Shown: positions 12,579-23,873 of the stretch, one piece after another | How the letters are laid out: each line of letters begins with the position of its first letter | How positions within the stretch are numbered: position 1 is the first letter of the stretch | Source: Lytechinus pictus | Lineage: Eukaryota | DNA length: 64,000 nucleotides | NCBI RefSeq assembly: GCF_037042905.1 | Contig: NC_087258.1 | Span: 19,902,001 to 19,966,000, forward strand | Direction of reading: 5' to 3' | Made by a program: the position numbers and the translations under genes | The notes under the pieces: model-generated | Told to the model about the DNA's origin: nothing | Seen by the model: the letters and a program-made list of their open reading frames with translations, nothing else | The model's database searches: none

Positions 12579-15500
12579 TTAAAGAGACAGTCTGTTGGGT
12601 GGTTTTACAAGTCGTCCGGATCTTGTTCGTGTTTCCGTCATACCTCTTGTTGGTGATGCACCTTGCTGACTCGGGCCAGTCTGCTGGGTAGGCTGCAGGG
12701 TATCTGGCTCACCATCAGGATCATCAGGGCTGGTTGGCACGTCACTGGAAGGATCTGGCACTGTCGTCTTTGCCTGGTCCTGAATGGAAATCAGTGCCTT
12801 CCGATTGCGACGTATTGTACCATGCTCTGTCTGGACATGGTAGGATCTTGGTTGTATTGCTTTCTGGATAACTTTCCCATAGCGAGACTGATCACGGATC
12901 CAAACCAGATCTCCTGGCTGTAGCTCTGGAAGCTCACGTGAGTCATGACGTCTGTTGTAGGTCATCATCTGATCTGACCGGTACTTCTCCTCTTTCTCTC
13001 TCACAGATTTCAGGTCCTGCTGTTGTAGTTGTGGCAGGAGCGTGTGTGGTAACACAGGAACCTGAGTCTTCAATTTCCTGCCCATGAGAAGTTCTGATGG
13101 AGCTAGCCCATTTTGGAGTGGAGATACTCGGTAGCTGAGAAGGGCTAGGTTGATGTCATGGTTCTTTTTCAGCAATGCTTTGACAGTGCGAACTCCTCGT
13201 TCTGCCTCACCATTTGCCTGCGGGTACCTTGGAGAACTGGTAGTATGGACAAATCCATACTCTTCAGCAAGCTTTCTGAAGTTCTCATTGGCAAATTGTG
13301 GGCCATTGTCTGATACTACAAGGTCTGGAATCCCATGTGTTGCAAAGATCTCTTTTAGGGAAGAAATCACTGCTGCTGTTGTCTGACCTTGCAGTTGTTT
13401 GATTTCAATCCACCTTGAGTAGTAGTCAACGACTATCAGGAATGTTTTTCCTTTGTGTTCGAACAAGTCCATTCCAAGACGTTCCCATGGCCTTGAAGGG
13501 AAGGACGAGGTCATCAAAGGCTCTTGGACTTGTGGTCGATGGATAGCACAGGTTGTACAGTTTGAAATCATTTCCTCCAATGATGTTGATAGACCTGGCC
13601 ACCACACTGATTCTCTGGCTCTTCCTCTGCATTTGGTTATTCCTAGATGTCCTTGATGTAGCTTCTCAAGGATATCAAGTCTCAGAGCTCTTGGAATCAC
13701 CAATCTTTCATCATAGACCAGCAAGTCATCTACCACACTCAAGTGTCCTCTCTGCTCAAAGTAGTTCTTCAGGATAGGGTTGTGTGGCATATATTCTGGC
13801 CATCCCTTGATACAGTAGTCTCTGACTTTTGCACATACTTCATCTGCTTTTTGTGCTTTTCTGATTTCATCTAGTCTTTTCACTGTAACTGGTAGGTTGA
13901 TGGTTGATGTTGACGCATAGGATTCAACCTCCTCTATGAAACTGACATCATTCCTTCCTGGCCTCTCTACTGGCGCTCGTGACAAGGTGTCAGCCGAAGT
14001 CTGCTGTTTTCCAGGAACATACAGAGTCTTTGCGTCAAATCTCATCATTCTCATTCTGAAGCGTTGGAGACGCGGAGGCATTTTGGCAAGTTCCTTCGAG
14101 TTCAGAAGTGTGACCAATGGCTTGTGGTCGGTTTCTACTTCGAAGTGAAGACCCAGGACATACTCAGAGAATCTCTCGCATGCCCAAGTAGCTGCCAGTG
14201 CTTCCTTTTCGATCACAGCATACCTCTGCTCAGTCTCTGTCAGTGATCGAGATGCATAACACACTGGTCTACGTTTTCCATCTCTCTGCACTTGATACAG
14301 GATTGCACCAATTCCGGCACAGGATGCATCTGCTGCAATGACTGTTGGTAGTTCAGGATCATAATGAGCCAAGACTTCTGTTGAGATCAGCATCTCTTTG
14401 ATCTGTTTGAAAGATCTCTGTTGTACTTCTGTCCAGCACCATATATTGTCCTTCTTCAGAAGTTGACGTAGTGGTTCACTGATAGAAGCTAGTGCGGGGA
14501 GGAATTTCCCCACCTGGTTTACCATTCCTAGGAATCTTTGTAACTCCTTCACTGTACGTGGAGCTGGAAAATCACGAATGGCTTTTGTCTTGCTTGGATC
14601 AACTTTGACACCAGTTCTGTCTATGAAGTGCCCCAGGAACTTCACTCTCTGTTGTGAGAATTCACACTTGTCATGGTTTAGTGTGATTCCTGCTCCCTGC
14701 AAACGTTGAAGGACAGCTCGAACTCTGGTGTCATGGTCTGCTTGTGTTACACCATGGATTAGCACATCGTCCATGTGGCAAATCACTCCATCAAGTCCTT
14801 CCAGGATATTTGACATCGTTCTTTGGAAGACTTCAGGCGCAGACGTTATGCCAAATGGCAGTCGGTCGAAGCAGAATCTCCCAAATGGAGTGACGAAAGT
14901 TGTAAGCAGCTTGGACTCATCACTTAGTGGTATCTGCCAAAAACCACTGTTGGCATCTAACTTTGTGAAGATTGTACTCTTTCCCAGTTTCGCAAGGCTT
15001 TCATCCACTGAAGACATTGGATGAATCTCTCGTTCAACTGCTTTGTTCAGTGATGTGAGGTCTACACAAATTCTAACTGAACCATTGGGCTTTAGTACTG
15101 GAACCATCCCTGAACACCACTTTGTTGGTTCGGTCACTTTTGAGATTACCCCTTGCTTCAACATGGACTCTAGTTCTTTCTTCACCTTGGGTAGAAGTGG
15201 GTGCGGAACTTTTCTGGCTGTGTACAGGCACATTGGTTTGACATCTGGAGCCAATGTGATCTGGTATGCTGTCTTCAGTTTTCCCAATCCAGTGAAGAGC
15301 TGTGGGAATTCAGCCTCGAAGTTTGCATTTTCTCCATTTTGGTAGTCTACTTCCTCCACCTTGCAGATTAGATTCAAGTCTGAACATGCCTTCCTGCTCA
15401 GCAATGAACATCTCTGATTTTCAACCACATAGAGAGTTTCCTTGATCTGTTTATCTCTATGCTGGAGGGTTGCTGTCATCTGTCCAATTACAGTCAGAAC

Positions 15501-16541
15501 CTTTTCTCCCGGACCAAGTAACTTCTTGTTTGTTGGTTGTAGGTTATTTCTGTTAAGCCATGGAGTAGAATCAGACAGCACAGTAACTGATGCTCCAGTA
15601 TCTAGCTTGAAGTGTGTTTCAAGCCCATCTACAAGAATAGCTGCACTCCAGTATGTCTTCTCATTCTCTCTGATTTCGCCAAGAAAGGGGATGTCAATGT
15701 CATCGAAAGCATCAGAAGCATCCACTTCGCTCACTCTAGCTTTTCCTTTTGTTTCCTTTTGTTTTCCTTTTCCTGGATTTTTGTTTCTACACACAGACTG
15801 GAAGTGACCCATCTTTCCACATTGATGGCATTTTGCATCTTTTGCGGGGCAGTCGGCACGTACATGATTCTGCCTTCCACACCACTTGCAGTTTCCTTGC
15901 AGATTTTGAGTCTGAGGTGTTTTCTTTGAGAAATTTCCCCTGCTTTTGTGTCTGACATGCTCTACGGATGAGTTTGAACTCTCACTCTCAGGAAAACCTC
16001 TCACGACAGGCTTGTTTTGTTTCCTGGCTTCTGCTTGCCTACTCAACTGTACTGCTTTTGTGAGAGTAAGGTCTTCTCTAGACTGCAGTTGATCCGAAAG
16101 TGAGTCATCTAGCACTCCAACTACAATTCTGTCTCTTATTAACTCTTCCTTAAGCGTCTTGTAGTCACAGTCCTCAGCAAGTCTGTACAAATCATTGATA
16201 AATGTGTCTACACTCTCTCCTGATCTTTGTACTCTTTTGTTGAATTTTGCTCTTTCAACAATGATGTTTTTCCGTACATTGAAGTATTTATTCAACGCCG
16301 TTATCACTTCATCATACTTCGCTGATTTCTCTTCTACACCGAGAGATACGATGATGTCATCCGCACAATCACCCATAGCATACAACAGTGTACTGACCTG
16401 TTCCCCGTCGGGTTTGGCCGCCAGGCCCGATGCCGTGCGATAGCGTTCAAATCGTCGTGCCCATTTTGGCCATTGTTCAGCTTGATTTAGTCCTCCTACT
16501 TTGTCAAAACTGTCTGGCAATGGTAAACTTGAACTCTCCAT
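12579..16541 (-). CDS. Gag-Pol polyprotein, 1320 aa (gag, two zinc knuckles, protease, RT, RNase H, integrase)
   Basis: CKWCGRQNHVRADC and CHQCGKMGHFQSVC knuckles; LDTGA protease; LPFG/CHMDD RT; ADAS...ETDHKPL RNase H; HQGH...CTTC and D-D-E (GMDLFE, SDNGPQF, NGEAER) integrase. Confidence 0.96.
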   Translation of the reverse strand: MESSSLPLPDSFDKVGGLNQAEQWPKWARRFERYRTASGLAAKPDGEQVSTLLYAMGDCADDIIVSLGVEEKSAKYDEVITALNKYFNVRKNIIVERAKFNKRVQRSGESVDTFINDLYRLAEDCDYKTLKEELIRDRIVVGVLDDSLSDQLQSREDLTLTKAVQLSRQAEARKQNKPVVRGFPESESSNSSVEHVRHKSRGNFSKKTPQTQNLQGNCKWCGRQNHVRADCPAKDAKCHQCGKMGHFQSVCRNKNPGKGKQKETKGKARVSEVDASDAFDDIDIPFLGEIRENEKTYWSAAILVDGLETHFKLDTGASVTVLSDSTPWLNRNNLQPTNKKLLGPGEKVLTVIGQMTATLQHRDKQIKETLYVVENQRCSLLSRKACSDLNLICKVEEVDYQNGENANFEAEFPQLFTGLGKLKTAYQITLAPDVKPMCLYTARKVPHPLLPKVKKELESMLKQGVISKVTEPTKWCSGMVPVLKPNGSVRICVDLTSLNKAVEREIHPMSSVDESLAKLGKSTIFTKLDANSGFWQIPLSDESKLLTTFVTPFGRFCFDRLPFGITSAPEVFQRTMSNILEGLDGVICHMDDVLIHGVTQADHDTRVRAVLQRLQGAGITLNHDKCEFSQQRVKFLGHFIDRTGVKVDPSKTKAIRDFPAPRTVKELQRFLGMVNQVGKFLPALASISEPLRQLLKKDNIWCWTEVQQRSFKQIKEMLISTEVLAHYDPELPTVIAADASCAGIGAILYQVQRDGKRRPVCYASRSLTETEQRYAVIEKEALAATWACERFSEYVLGLHFEVETDHKPLVTLLNSKELAKMPPRLQRFRMRMMRFDAKTLYVPGKQQTSADTLSRAPVERPGRNDVSFIEEVESYASTSTINLPVTVKRLDEIRKAQKADEVCAKVRDYCIKGWPEYMPHNPILKNYFEQRGHLSVVDDLLVYDERLVIPRALRLDILEKLHQGHLGITKCRGRARESVWWPGLSTSLEEMISNCTTCAIHRPQVQEPLMTSSFPSRPWERLGMDLFEHKGKTFLIVVDYYSRWIEIKQLQGQTTAAVISSLKEIFATHGIPDLVVSDNGPQFANENFRKLAEEYGFVHTTSSPRYPQANGEAERGVRTVKALLKKNHDINLALLSYRVSPLQNGLAPSELLMGRKLKTQVPVLPHTLLPQLQQQDLKSVREKEEKYRSDQMMTYNRRHDSRELPELQPGDLVWIRDQSRYGKVIQKAIQPRSYHVQTEHGTIRRNRKALISIQDQAKTTVPDPSSDVPTSPDDPDGEPDTLQPTQQTGPSQQGASPTRGMTETRTRSGRLVKPPNRLSL

Positions 16542-16564
16542 TGTTCATCACGACGCTGCCACCA

Positions 16565-16684
16565 TGTAGAATCACTCGGAATAAACAGATCATACAAGGG
16601 TAGTAGTACGGTTTGTTGTGTGACTTTACTCCGTTTCACTGTACATGTGTTAGTCTTCAATCAAGTCGTTATAATATTCCCACA
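16565..16684 (-). repeat. 5' LTR (120 bp)
   Basis: Identical to 12253-12372. Confidence 0.97.
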
Positions 16685-17278
16685 CTAAGCAGTTTGAATT
16701 ATTATCCAACATCATATAATTAGACCATATCAGCAATACAGAATACTTTCACGCTTGGATAAGCACTTTCCATTTGATTTGTGGTTCTAAAGAATATTAC
16801 AGTATTTATTACAAAATATAAAATACTGACGTCAAATAGTATATCGATGATTCAGAGTGAATTGTGATGAATGTTTTTTTTTCCAGAGGAAATTGCATTC
16901 ACGTATGAAAATAATAGCAGTTAATTAAACAAAAATGCTTTATTTACCCAAGATCAGCTACTTTAGTAATGAAACTGCTCTACCAGGGTTCTGCGTTAAA
17001 CTGATTTAATATTCTCCATGCTCGAGTACTATAAAGCAATACAAACATATGTATGGTCCTTTTTTTCTATATGACTCTTCCGTATGATTCGACCAGAGCC
17101 TCGAATCCACGACCCCATGAGGCGGGCATTATACCTTTGAACCATGTATACTAAAAACGAAAGTTTGAGATTATGATTTTTTCCTCACTGAGAGTTTAAA
17201 GATTAATTTTTCTCACGATCATGGACCGGGGGGGGGGTCGATAGGGCAATCCACATCTATGGGCTTGCCACATAATTC

Positions 17279-17318
<40 letters not shown>

Positions 17319-17791
17319 ATTACTCTTATTAGAACACATGCTAGCCAAGGCCCTGGGAACGATTTTTTTTTCACAGAGGGTGCTGGTTTAAATTTGACAA
17401 AAAAATAAATAAAATAAATACATTTTTTTTTGCATACCTAGCAGATTTCCGGGGGTGCAGCACCCCCAGGTAAATCTTGGGGTGCTGATCAGCACGTATA
17501 TCCCCGCTTCCCATGGCAATGATGCTAGCCCGGAGCCATATGGCCCATATAGCTCACTACATAGAAACCTCAAAATATAGGTAAATGAGTTTAAATTAAT
17601 CAAACCTCGTAATCATAGGCCTATCCTAGTAACTGTATATATCATGTACATGTACGTACTAGTATTACATTCACCGTAGGCCTACTTGAAATTCAAAATG
17701 AGATCTGAATTCAAATTATGGGCTCCGCCACTTTTAAATGACTACCTAAAATACACACCCTATATATCAATCAACGAATAGTACAACATTC

Positions 17792-17925
17792 NNNNNNNNN
17801 NNNNNNNNNNNNNNNNNNNNNNNNNNNNNNNNNNNNNNNNNNNNNNNNNNNNNNNNNNNNNNNNNNNNNNNNNNNNNNNNNNNNNNNNNNNNNNNNNNNN
17901 NNNNNNNNNNNNNNNNNNNNNNNNN
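17792..17925. other. Assembly gap (N run), followed by a (TAAA)n-like microsatellite to about 18060
   Basis: N characters; taaa/taga repeats after the gap. Confidence 0.99.
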
Positions 17926-18181
17926 TGAATACATAGATAAATAAATAAACGAATAGATAAATAAATAATACATAAATAAATTAAACAAATACATGTAAAT
18001 AAATAAATATATAAATAAATATATAAATAAATAAATAGATAAATATATAAATAAGTAACTAAATGAAAATGAATCGAAGTCTTTAATCGTATCGACCACA
18101 TAAATGTACAAAAATGGGTCAGCTTATCATTATCAATTTTTTGTTCTGACCTCTGAGTCTGACCCCTGACCTAGATTTCGC

Positions 18182-18298
18182 ATTTCCTTGTCAACATGAC
18201 GCTAAAATAAGGGTGCTCTCTGCTTCGTTCGTTACCCTTTCCGTGGTCAAAGATTTGTGACTTTTCTGGGAAGAAATTTTGAAAAGTATAAGGTAAGA
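18182..18298 (+). promoter_or_regulatory. Probable promoter and non-coding first exon of the UBXN10-like gene
   Basis: X-box-like ATTTCCTTGTCAAC (18182-18195); strong donor AAG|GTAAGA (GT 18293); CpG-rich sequence follows; matching acceptor at 21018. Confidence 0.4.
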
Positions 18299-18660
18299 TA
18301 TCAGAATTTGTCCCATGTAACTTTTCTATCTTGGAAAAGAATTATTAATAACTGAAAGTGATGGACTTTTTAGTTACTGTAGGACTTGAAGTGATGACGA
18401 GACGGAATTTGTTTATGTGTAGTCCCACATATTGAGCGGCATGAGGTATTTTTTTCCCGACAGCCGACAGCCGGTCTCTTGGCTTCGCTTAACCCAGGCC
18501 AGGGAGCTCGATCCGGCCGGCTTCGCGGGCGGAGCCCAGGACTCGTCCGTGTAATATTAGGCAGACATGAGTACTCTCCAAAATGGGGTAGATCTAGGGT
18601 CGCAATAGCACTCCAAATAAAAGGGGGAAAAAAAATTATGCACTTAGGCCTACCTCGATT

Positions 18661-19106
18661 TAGACAGCTGGCAGCCGTCTGTTTCGAGGAGTTTTTTAAC
18701 ATTTTTTTTTTTTTAATTTCTCCTCATACACAGACGGCTCGCTAGCGTGCAGCCACCATTAGGGGACTTGCAATGCAAAATCCCCCCGTCGGGGCTCTTC
18801 AATTTTTGTCTTTAATGAGTAAAAATTTTGAAAATTCACGCGACCAAAATGCAAATTAATATTCCCTCTTGGCATCAATTGCCAAAAAACTGAGAAAAAT
18901 CAAGTTAAAAGGAACAAAAACAGTGACTTACCTCGGGTGTCACGCAAATTCACTTCCCCATTTTATCCGATCTTAAGTACATAAACATATGGCCATTGAG
19001 TCCCCTGTACAGATCGCGCTAGACCTTCGGTCTCTGTATTTGGTGAGTGAAGCCAACGGAGTTCAGCTGAACAACCAACATAACAGAGACCGAAGCTTTT
19101 GGTCTA
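18661..19106 (-). mobile_element. TAGAC...GTCTA element with 9-bp TSD (AcademH-type non-autonomous), copy 2, nested in an older inverted-repeat element (arms about 18578-18658 and 19401-19480)
   Basis: TSD ACCTCGATT at 18652-18660 and 19107-19115; reverse-complement homology to 10533-10969. Confidence 0.8.
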
Positions 19107-19130
19107 ACCTCGATTATAATGCCTATTTAA

Positions 19131-19365
19131 GGTCTATCGTGACACAGAATCCTGACATCGAGCCTCGAGTCGAGGCACCAACTGGACCCTCAAGGCTCAA
19201 AAAAAGGAAAAGTTAGACCTCCATGTCGCGTTTTTCGCACGGTATCGATCGTCTATTTTGTTTTCAATTTTGAAAGAAGGAGAACGAACGAGACAGACAT
19301 GACATTGACAGAACTTTTCCCTTTTTTTGAGGTCATAATTCTGACTTTCTCTGTCACGATAGACC
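19131..19365. mobile_element. Small MITE (GGTCTATCGTGACA TIR), TTAA-type site
   Basis: TIR ggtctatcgtgaca / tgtcacgatagacc; flanks TTAA and TTCA. Confidence 0.6.
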
Positions 19366-19730
19366 TTCAATTTTCATCCATATAATCGAGCCCGACATTT
19401 TTCGAGGTATTGAGTGCATAATCCATTTTTCCCCCTTTTATTTGGGGTGCTATTGCGACCCCATTCTACCCCATTTTGGGGCCAGAGCTCCCTGGGTTAG
19501 GCTTTGTCGTGTTGAAAGATTAAATTATTTAAAAGTGAAATGAAGGTCCGTGACCGTGTATGTTGTAAATCACTCATTCAATGAACAAGGTAGTATGGTT
19601 GTAAAGTTACAGTGCCAGGCAGTATATTATTATTGAAGTGGTACTAACAAAGCACTTTTGATTTATTATGCCATGGCATTGCCATTGATACAGCATGCTC
19701 CAGAGTCCAGTCAAACTTCAAATACTTCGG

Positions 19731-20052
19731 CCAAGGAAGTTCCTGACAAAAAGATTATTGTAAAAATAGCAGAAAAAATACTTATTGCTGAATATTCGAG
19801 AAAAATCCATCAAAGAATAAAAAAATTATTATTAAAATTTTTATTATTTGATTTGTGACGACACATCGTGTGTGGTAGCTGCGCTGCTCGTTTATGACAT
19901 CACAAATCCAAAACTTAAAAATTCTATTAACTATTTTAATCCTTAGTCTAGATCTAATGGATTTTCCTCAAACCACCAATAATTTTTATTATTTTAAATA
20001 TTTTTTCTGCTATTTGTACAACAAACTTTTCTCCAGGGTGAACTTCACCTTC
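19731..20052. mobile_element. Palindromic TTAA-site MITE family (Kolobok-like); relatives at about 9575-9890, 34436-34915 and 61698-62147
   Basis: Shared (g)gggaagttc.ccctgac / gggtgaacttcccct ends and internal tgacgtcata...gctgc motifs. Confidence 0.6.
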
Positions 20053-20161
20053 AAAAAGTCTAGCTAGGTCCTAACGAGACTCGACTTTGAAACGCCAGCC
20101 TTGTATACTGGTGCTGTCACTATGAATATGCTTCTGTTCTACATTCTGCTCCTTTTTTTAA

Positions 20162-20887
20162 CCCTAATTCTCCTGGGGGGGGGGGCCATAATGGCCCCCC
20201 CCTCGACAATTTTCGCGATATATGTGCTGCGCTAAATTTTTTGACCTCGCTGCTCACTGACTTTTTACTTTCAAGTCTCGCGCAAATTTTGAGACCAAAT
20301 TTGTGACGCCCAGATACGCGGTTACGACATTACGCAACATTATGTAAGTGCATGTCAGACCCAAAATTGCTCATAAACGTGATTTCATGTACAAATCCAA
20401 TGCAAATTGTGTATTTAGCCAAAATTCATAAATGTATCATTATTTCTACTTTTACTGATTAAACTTAATTAATTTTGCCTTGTTTATGATCAGATTTAAG
20501 TCTGGAACGATTTCCATCGAAAAAACAAGAAAAAACAAAAAGTAAAAAAACAGAAATACATAAGAAATTAAAAAAACAATAAAATACATAAGAAATCGGT
20601 CTTGGTACCAGAATTTTTTTCATTCACAATTGTTAGGAATGCTATAAAGAATATTTTCACAAAAAAATAGCATTCTAGGAGCTTTATTTAGTGAATCAGA
20701 GCAAAAAGGATGATTTCATGAATAAATTAGCATAATTAACTCATATTAAATAAAAATATATGAATTCTGTGAAATTTGCCAATGCAACTGCGTAGATTAC
20801 TTCAATCTCTACCATCATGCAAATTTTCGTTGTGATCGCGCAATCCCCGGGAATGACAAGAATAAAAATAACCCGGTAGATTTAGGG
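20162..20887. mobile_element. piggyBac-type non-autonomous element
   Basis: TTAA at 20158-20161 and 20888-20891; CCCTAATTCT / AGATTTAGGG termini. Confidence 0.8.
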
Positions 20888-21216
20888 TTAAGGGGTGGGG
20901 CATGTTCGGTGGAACAATACAAATGATCTGACTAAATGTGGGAATTAGAAATGTTGGTGATGTTCTCATATAATGATAACATGTACTTTCCCCCTTTTGT
21001 GAAATTGTTTCTCTCCAGATTTGCATGAGGAGTCCTGGGTGAACTCAATCAGGTTTCTCAGATTGACAGGATGTTGCAGAACATGTATCCTTCCAGGTAA
21101 ATCAAGAAACAGGAAGCACTTGAGGTGATTCTGATCATCCTTTGTGATTAGATGTCGCCCAGTTCTAAAGTGTAAGCAATAATGTAAGGTACCACTCTTT
21201 AAGGAGAACAGAAGGA

Positions 21217-22521
21217 ATGAAAATGGCTTCCAAGAAGAGAGAGAATCATAAACCACCACTTGAGATGCGGGATAGCGGTGTTTCCTGCTACACCCCGTCT
21301 CCTCCACCCAAGAAGTCCTCTTTACCAAGGGCGTCTGAAGGATGCACCAGATCCATCCACAAGGAGCTTTGCCATCACCATCCTTCCTTGGAAAGCTTTG
21401 ATGAGATCAAGTCTCGTAGCAGCCCAGAACAATCTCAGAGGGAGGTGGTGCTGCCACCAAGGCTAGACCTTAGCAGCATTATTGGAGATGATTCGGAGAG
21501 TGATGTCTCGTCGTCTGGGGTTGCGTCAACCGATAGAACTAGTCAGTCTCATGATGAACACTACCCAGAGCTTGGCTTTGATACTCCATCCACAGAGGCT
21601 CAAATGAGCCCAGCTGATTGGTTACATCCTGACTACCGTAGTGATTCTGCCTCCCCTTCACCTGCTCCATCAAGGTCTTCCAGTCAAAGTTCTACAGGTT
21701 ACCACAAACTTAGAGGATCCGGAAGCGGAGAACTGGAGGATGAGAGTGAAGGCAGCGTCTTGAAAGTCAAATTGAAGTTAAAATCAACCCGTCCACTATC
21801 TGGTAGTGGAGGGAGAAAGAGCAAATTCACTGTAACTAAGGTCAGAACCCCTCCGAGTTCTTCCAATGAGTTGCTACATGGAGGAAAGGATCAAGGGCAT
21901 AAGGACACCAAGGATGATGTGCTGGGCTCAAGGTATGTTCCACTTCCTGGTATTGGAGTTCAAGAGGCTGATCAAAATGCCAATAAATCACATGGAGAGA
22001 CTGAACAAAGACATTCTGAGATCAAGGAACATGTGGGAAGGTCAGCGGCTCGTGACGAGATGGATATTAGAGAGCAGAGACTGAAAGCTCTAGAACGTTC
22101 AGCATCTCAAAGTGAAATCTGTAGGAAGTTCCCAACGCCACCTCCTCATTCTGCCAAAACGATTTCAAGACGGGCGATGAGGATGCAACAGTTTGCCAGG
22201 AGGAAGAGTGCAAGTCATGCGGAGTCTGCCTCAAAACAGGGCCTAAGAACTAGTTCCAAGGAAAGTGACTCCTCAGAAAGTATACTTCTTGCCATTCGCT
22301 TGCCCAACGGATCCAGGGTTCAGAACCTTTTCGATCACACCAAATCCTTACAAAGCGTTGTCGACTTTGCTCTGAAACAAGGGAAATATTCTCAAGGTAG
22401 GAGCAGCATTTGTTTGATCACCAACGAACTGCCTAAGAGAGAATTAACAGATTTGTCCCAGACTATTGCGGGAGCTAAACTTAGTGACAGGACCCTATTG
22501 AATCTTGATGTGGTAGACTGA
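21217..22521 (+). CDS. UBXN10: UBX domain-containing protein 10-like (VCP/p97 adaptor), single coding exon, 434 aa
   Basis: C-terminal UBX domain (LLAIRLPNGSRVQNLF...ELPKRELTDLSQTIAGAKL); upstream SRYVPLPGI resembles the UBXN10 (K)YPVLPSI motif; Ser-rich disordered N-terminus; acceptor ttctctccAG at 21018. Confidence 0.78.
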   Translation: MKMASKKRENHKPPLEMRDSGVSCYTPSPPPKKSSLPRASEGCTRSIHKELCHHHPSLESFDEIKSRSSPEQSQREVVLPPRLDLSSIIGDDSESDVSSSGVASTDRTSQSHDEHYPELGFDTPSTEAQMSPADWLHPDYRSDSASPSPAPSRSSSQSSTGYHKLRGSGSGELEDESEGSVLKVKLKLKSTRPLSGSGGRKSKFTVTKVRTPPSSSNELLHGGKDQGHKDTKDDVLGSRYVPLPGIGVQEADQNANKSHGETEQRHSEIKEHVGRSAARDEMDIREQRLKALERSASQSEICRKFPTPPPHSAKTISRRAMRMQQFARRKSASHAESASKQGLRTSSKESDSSESILLAIRLPNGSRVQNLFDHTKSLQSVVDFALKQGKYSQGRSSICLITNELPKRELTDLSQTIAGAKLSDRTLLNLDVVD

Positions 22522-23873
22522 AAGACGATAGCTACGTGCAAAATACATGTGGTAGAGTGCATACATGTTCATCACAGGCTGACGAGAGCAGGGAAATTAA
22601 AAGATTTACACGCGGTCGTATTTGTTTTTGTGTTCGGTAGGTCTGTATGACAATAATGTTGTGACATTGAAAATTCAATAAAAAGATAATTGTGTCCACC
22701 ATGATACATCACCTACATGTAACACAATATAAATAATTGAGGTCTTACCTTGTTTCTGACAATGAATCTATCAATCTACATCAAAATGGTAAAAAAAGAA
22801 AACAAAACATTCCTTTTTATTCACTCAGATCCACTAACCAGGGTCCCAGGGAAGGGCCATAGAAATATCAAATTTCTTCTTCCCCATCCAGTACGGATCC
22901 AGTGGGCCCTGTGCCCCATATTCAATCTTTTGCTTGGTTGGATTATATTAAGAGCAAAAAAAATGCCCCACACCCTTCATCTGGTAAATCCTTGATCCGC
23001 CCCTGGCCCCATCTCCATTTTCCCAATCTTTAAAGAAATGGTGCATACATGTATGTGATGATTACTTGACATGTTTGAAATATTTGGATGATTATGTTAT
23101 CCTTTTCATTGGTCTTGCTTTTGCCATTTTGTGACTATGGGTTCTGAAACCAATTGATGTGAGGGGCTATAGCCTCTCTGTGATTGAACAAATCTCTTAA
23201 TTACTGACATGTGCTTTGTAAAGATCATTGAAGCTAACCTGTGTAAAAATATTGTTCATTTTGACTGAGTTGAATTTGTGCAGTGCCCTTGTAAAGTTTG
23301 ATCAGTTTCTTTTGGAACTCAGTTTACTTACTTTATCAAGCAAACAATTTGTGTGAATGTGCATTCAATATCTGATAGAATGATACATTGGCCCCTATTT
23401 TCATCCTATAATTCATAAACATGTGAGATTTTTTGTGAATCTATCCAAAATGCTGCAATAATGATTTTTGTTAGTCTTCCAATGACATTGTTTTTTTATT
23501 GTTGTTTTATTCCTTTTAAAAAAATTCTATAAGTGTGTATATTCTGTTACAAAATGTATTTTTTGTATTTTGTAAAGATATGAAGTGACATTTTGTCGAG
23601 CTCTTAAGCTATGTGGACGTAGAAAGTAGACATTCATTATTTTTTCATTCATCTAATAATGAAATTCAACTATTGGATTTTAGCCCAATTATGGAAACAA
23701 CTTTCATCTCTACTATCCACATGATGTTTTAATTAGAATCTGTCACCCTGCCATTAAAGACCACATATGTCCTGACACACCTTTAAATTTGTTGAAGCAA
23801 CCTGTATATAATGATTAAAACAAATTTTACAGAATAAAATTGAATAATTTAGAGTAAAAGGGCAAAAGTACTG

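Larger units (their letters stand above)
12253..16684 (-). mobile_element. Complete Ty3/Gypsy LTR retrotransposon (Mag-like)
   Basis: Identical 120-bp TG...CA LTRs 12253-12372 and 16565-16684; TSD CTAAG (12248-12252, 16685-16689); PBS TGGTGGCAGCG (matches tRNA-Leu 3' end) next to the 5' LTR; PPT GCTTGGGGGAGA next to the 3' LTR. Confidence 0.97.

Noticed and set aside
12663-16443. Plus-strand ORFs overlapping gag-pol
   Set aside because: Antisense shadows of a long coding frame
17283-17315. 33-nt poly(A) as a retrocopy tail
   Set aside because: No upstream coding similarity or TSD identified
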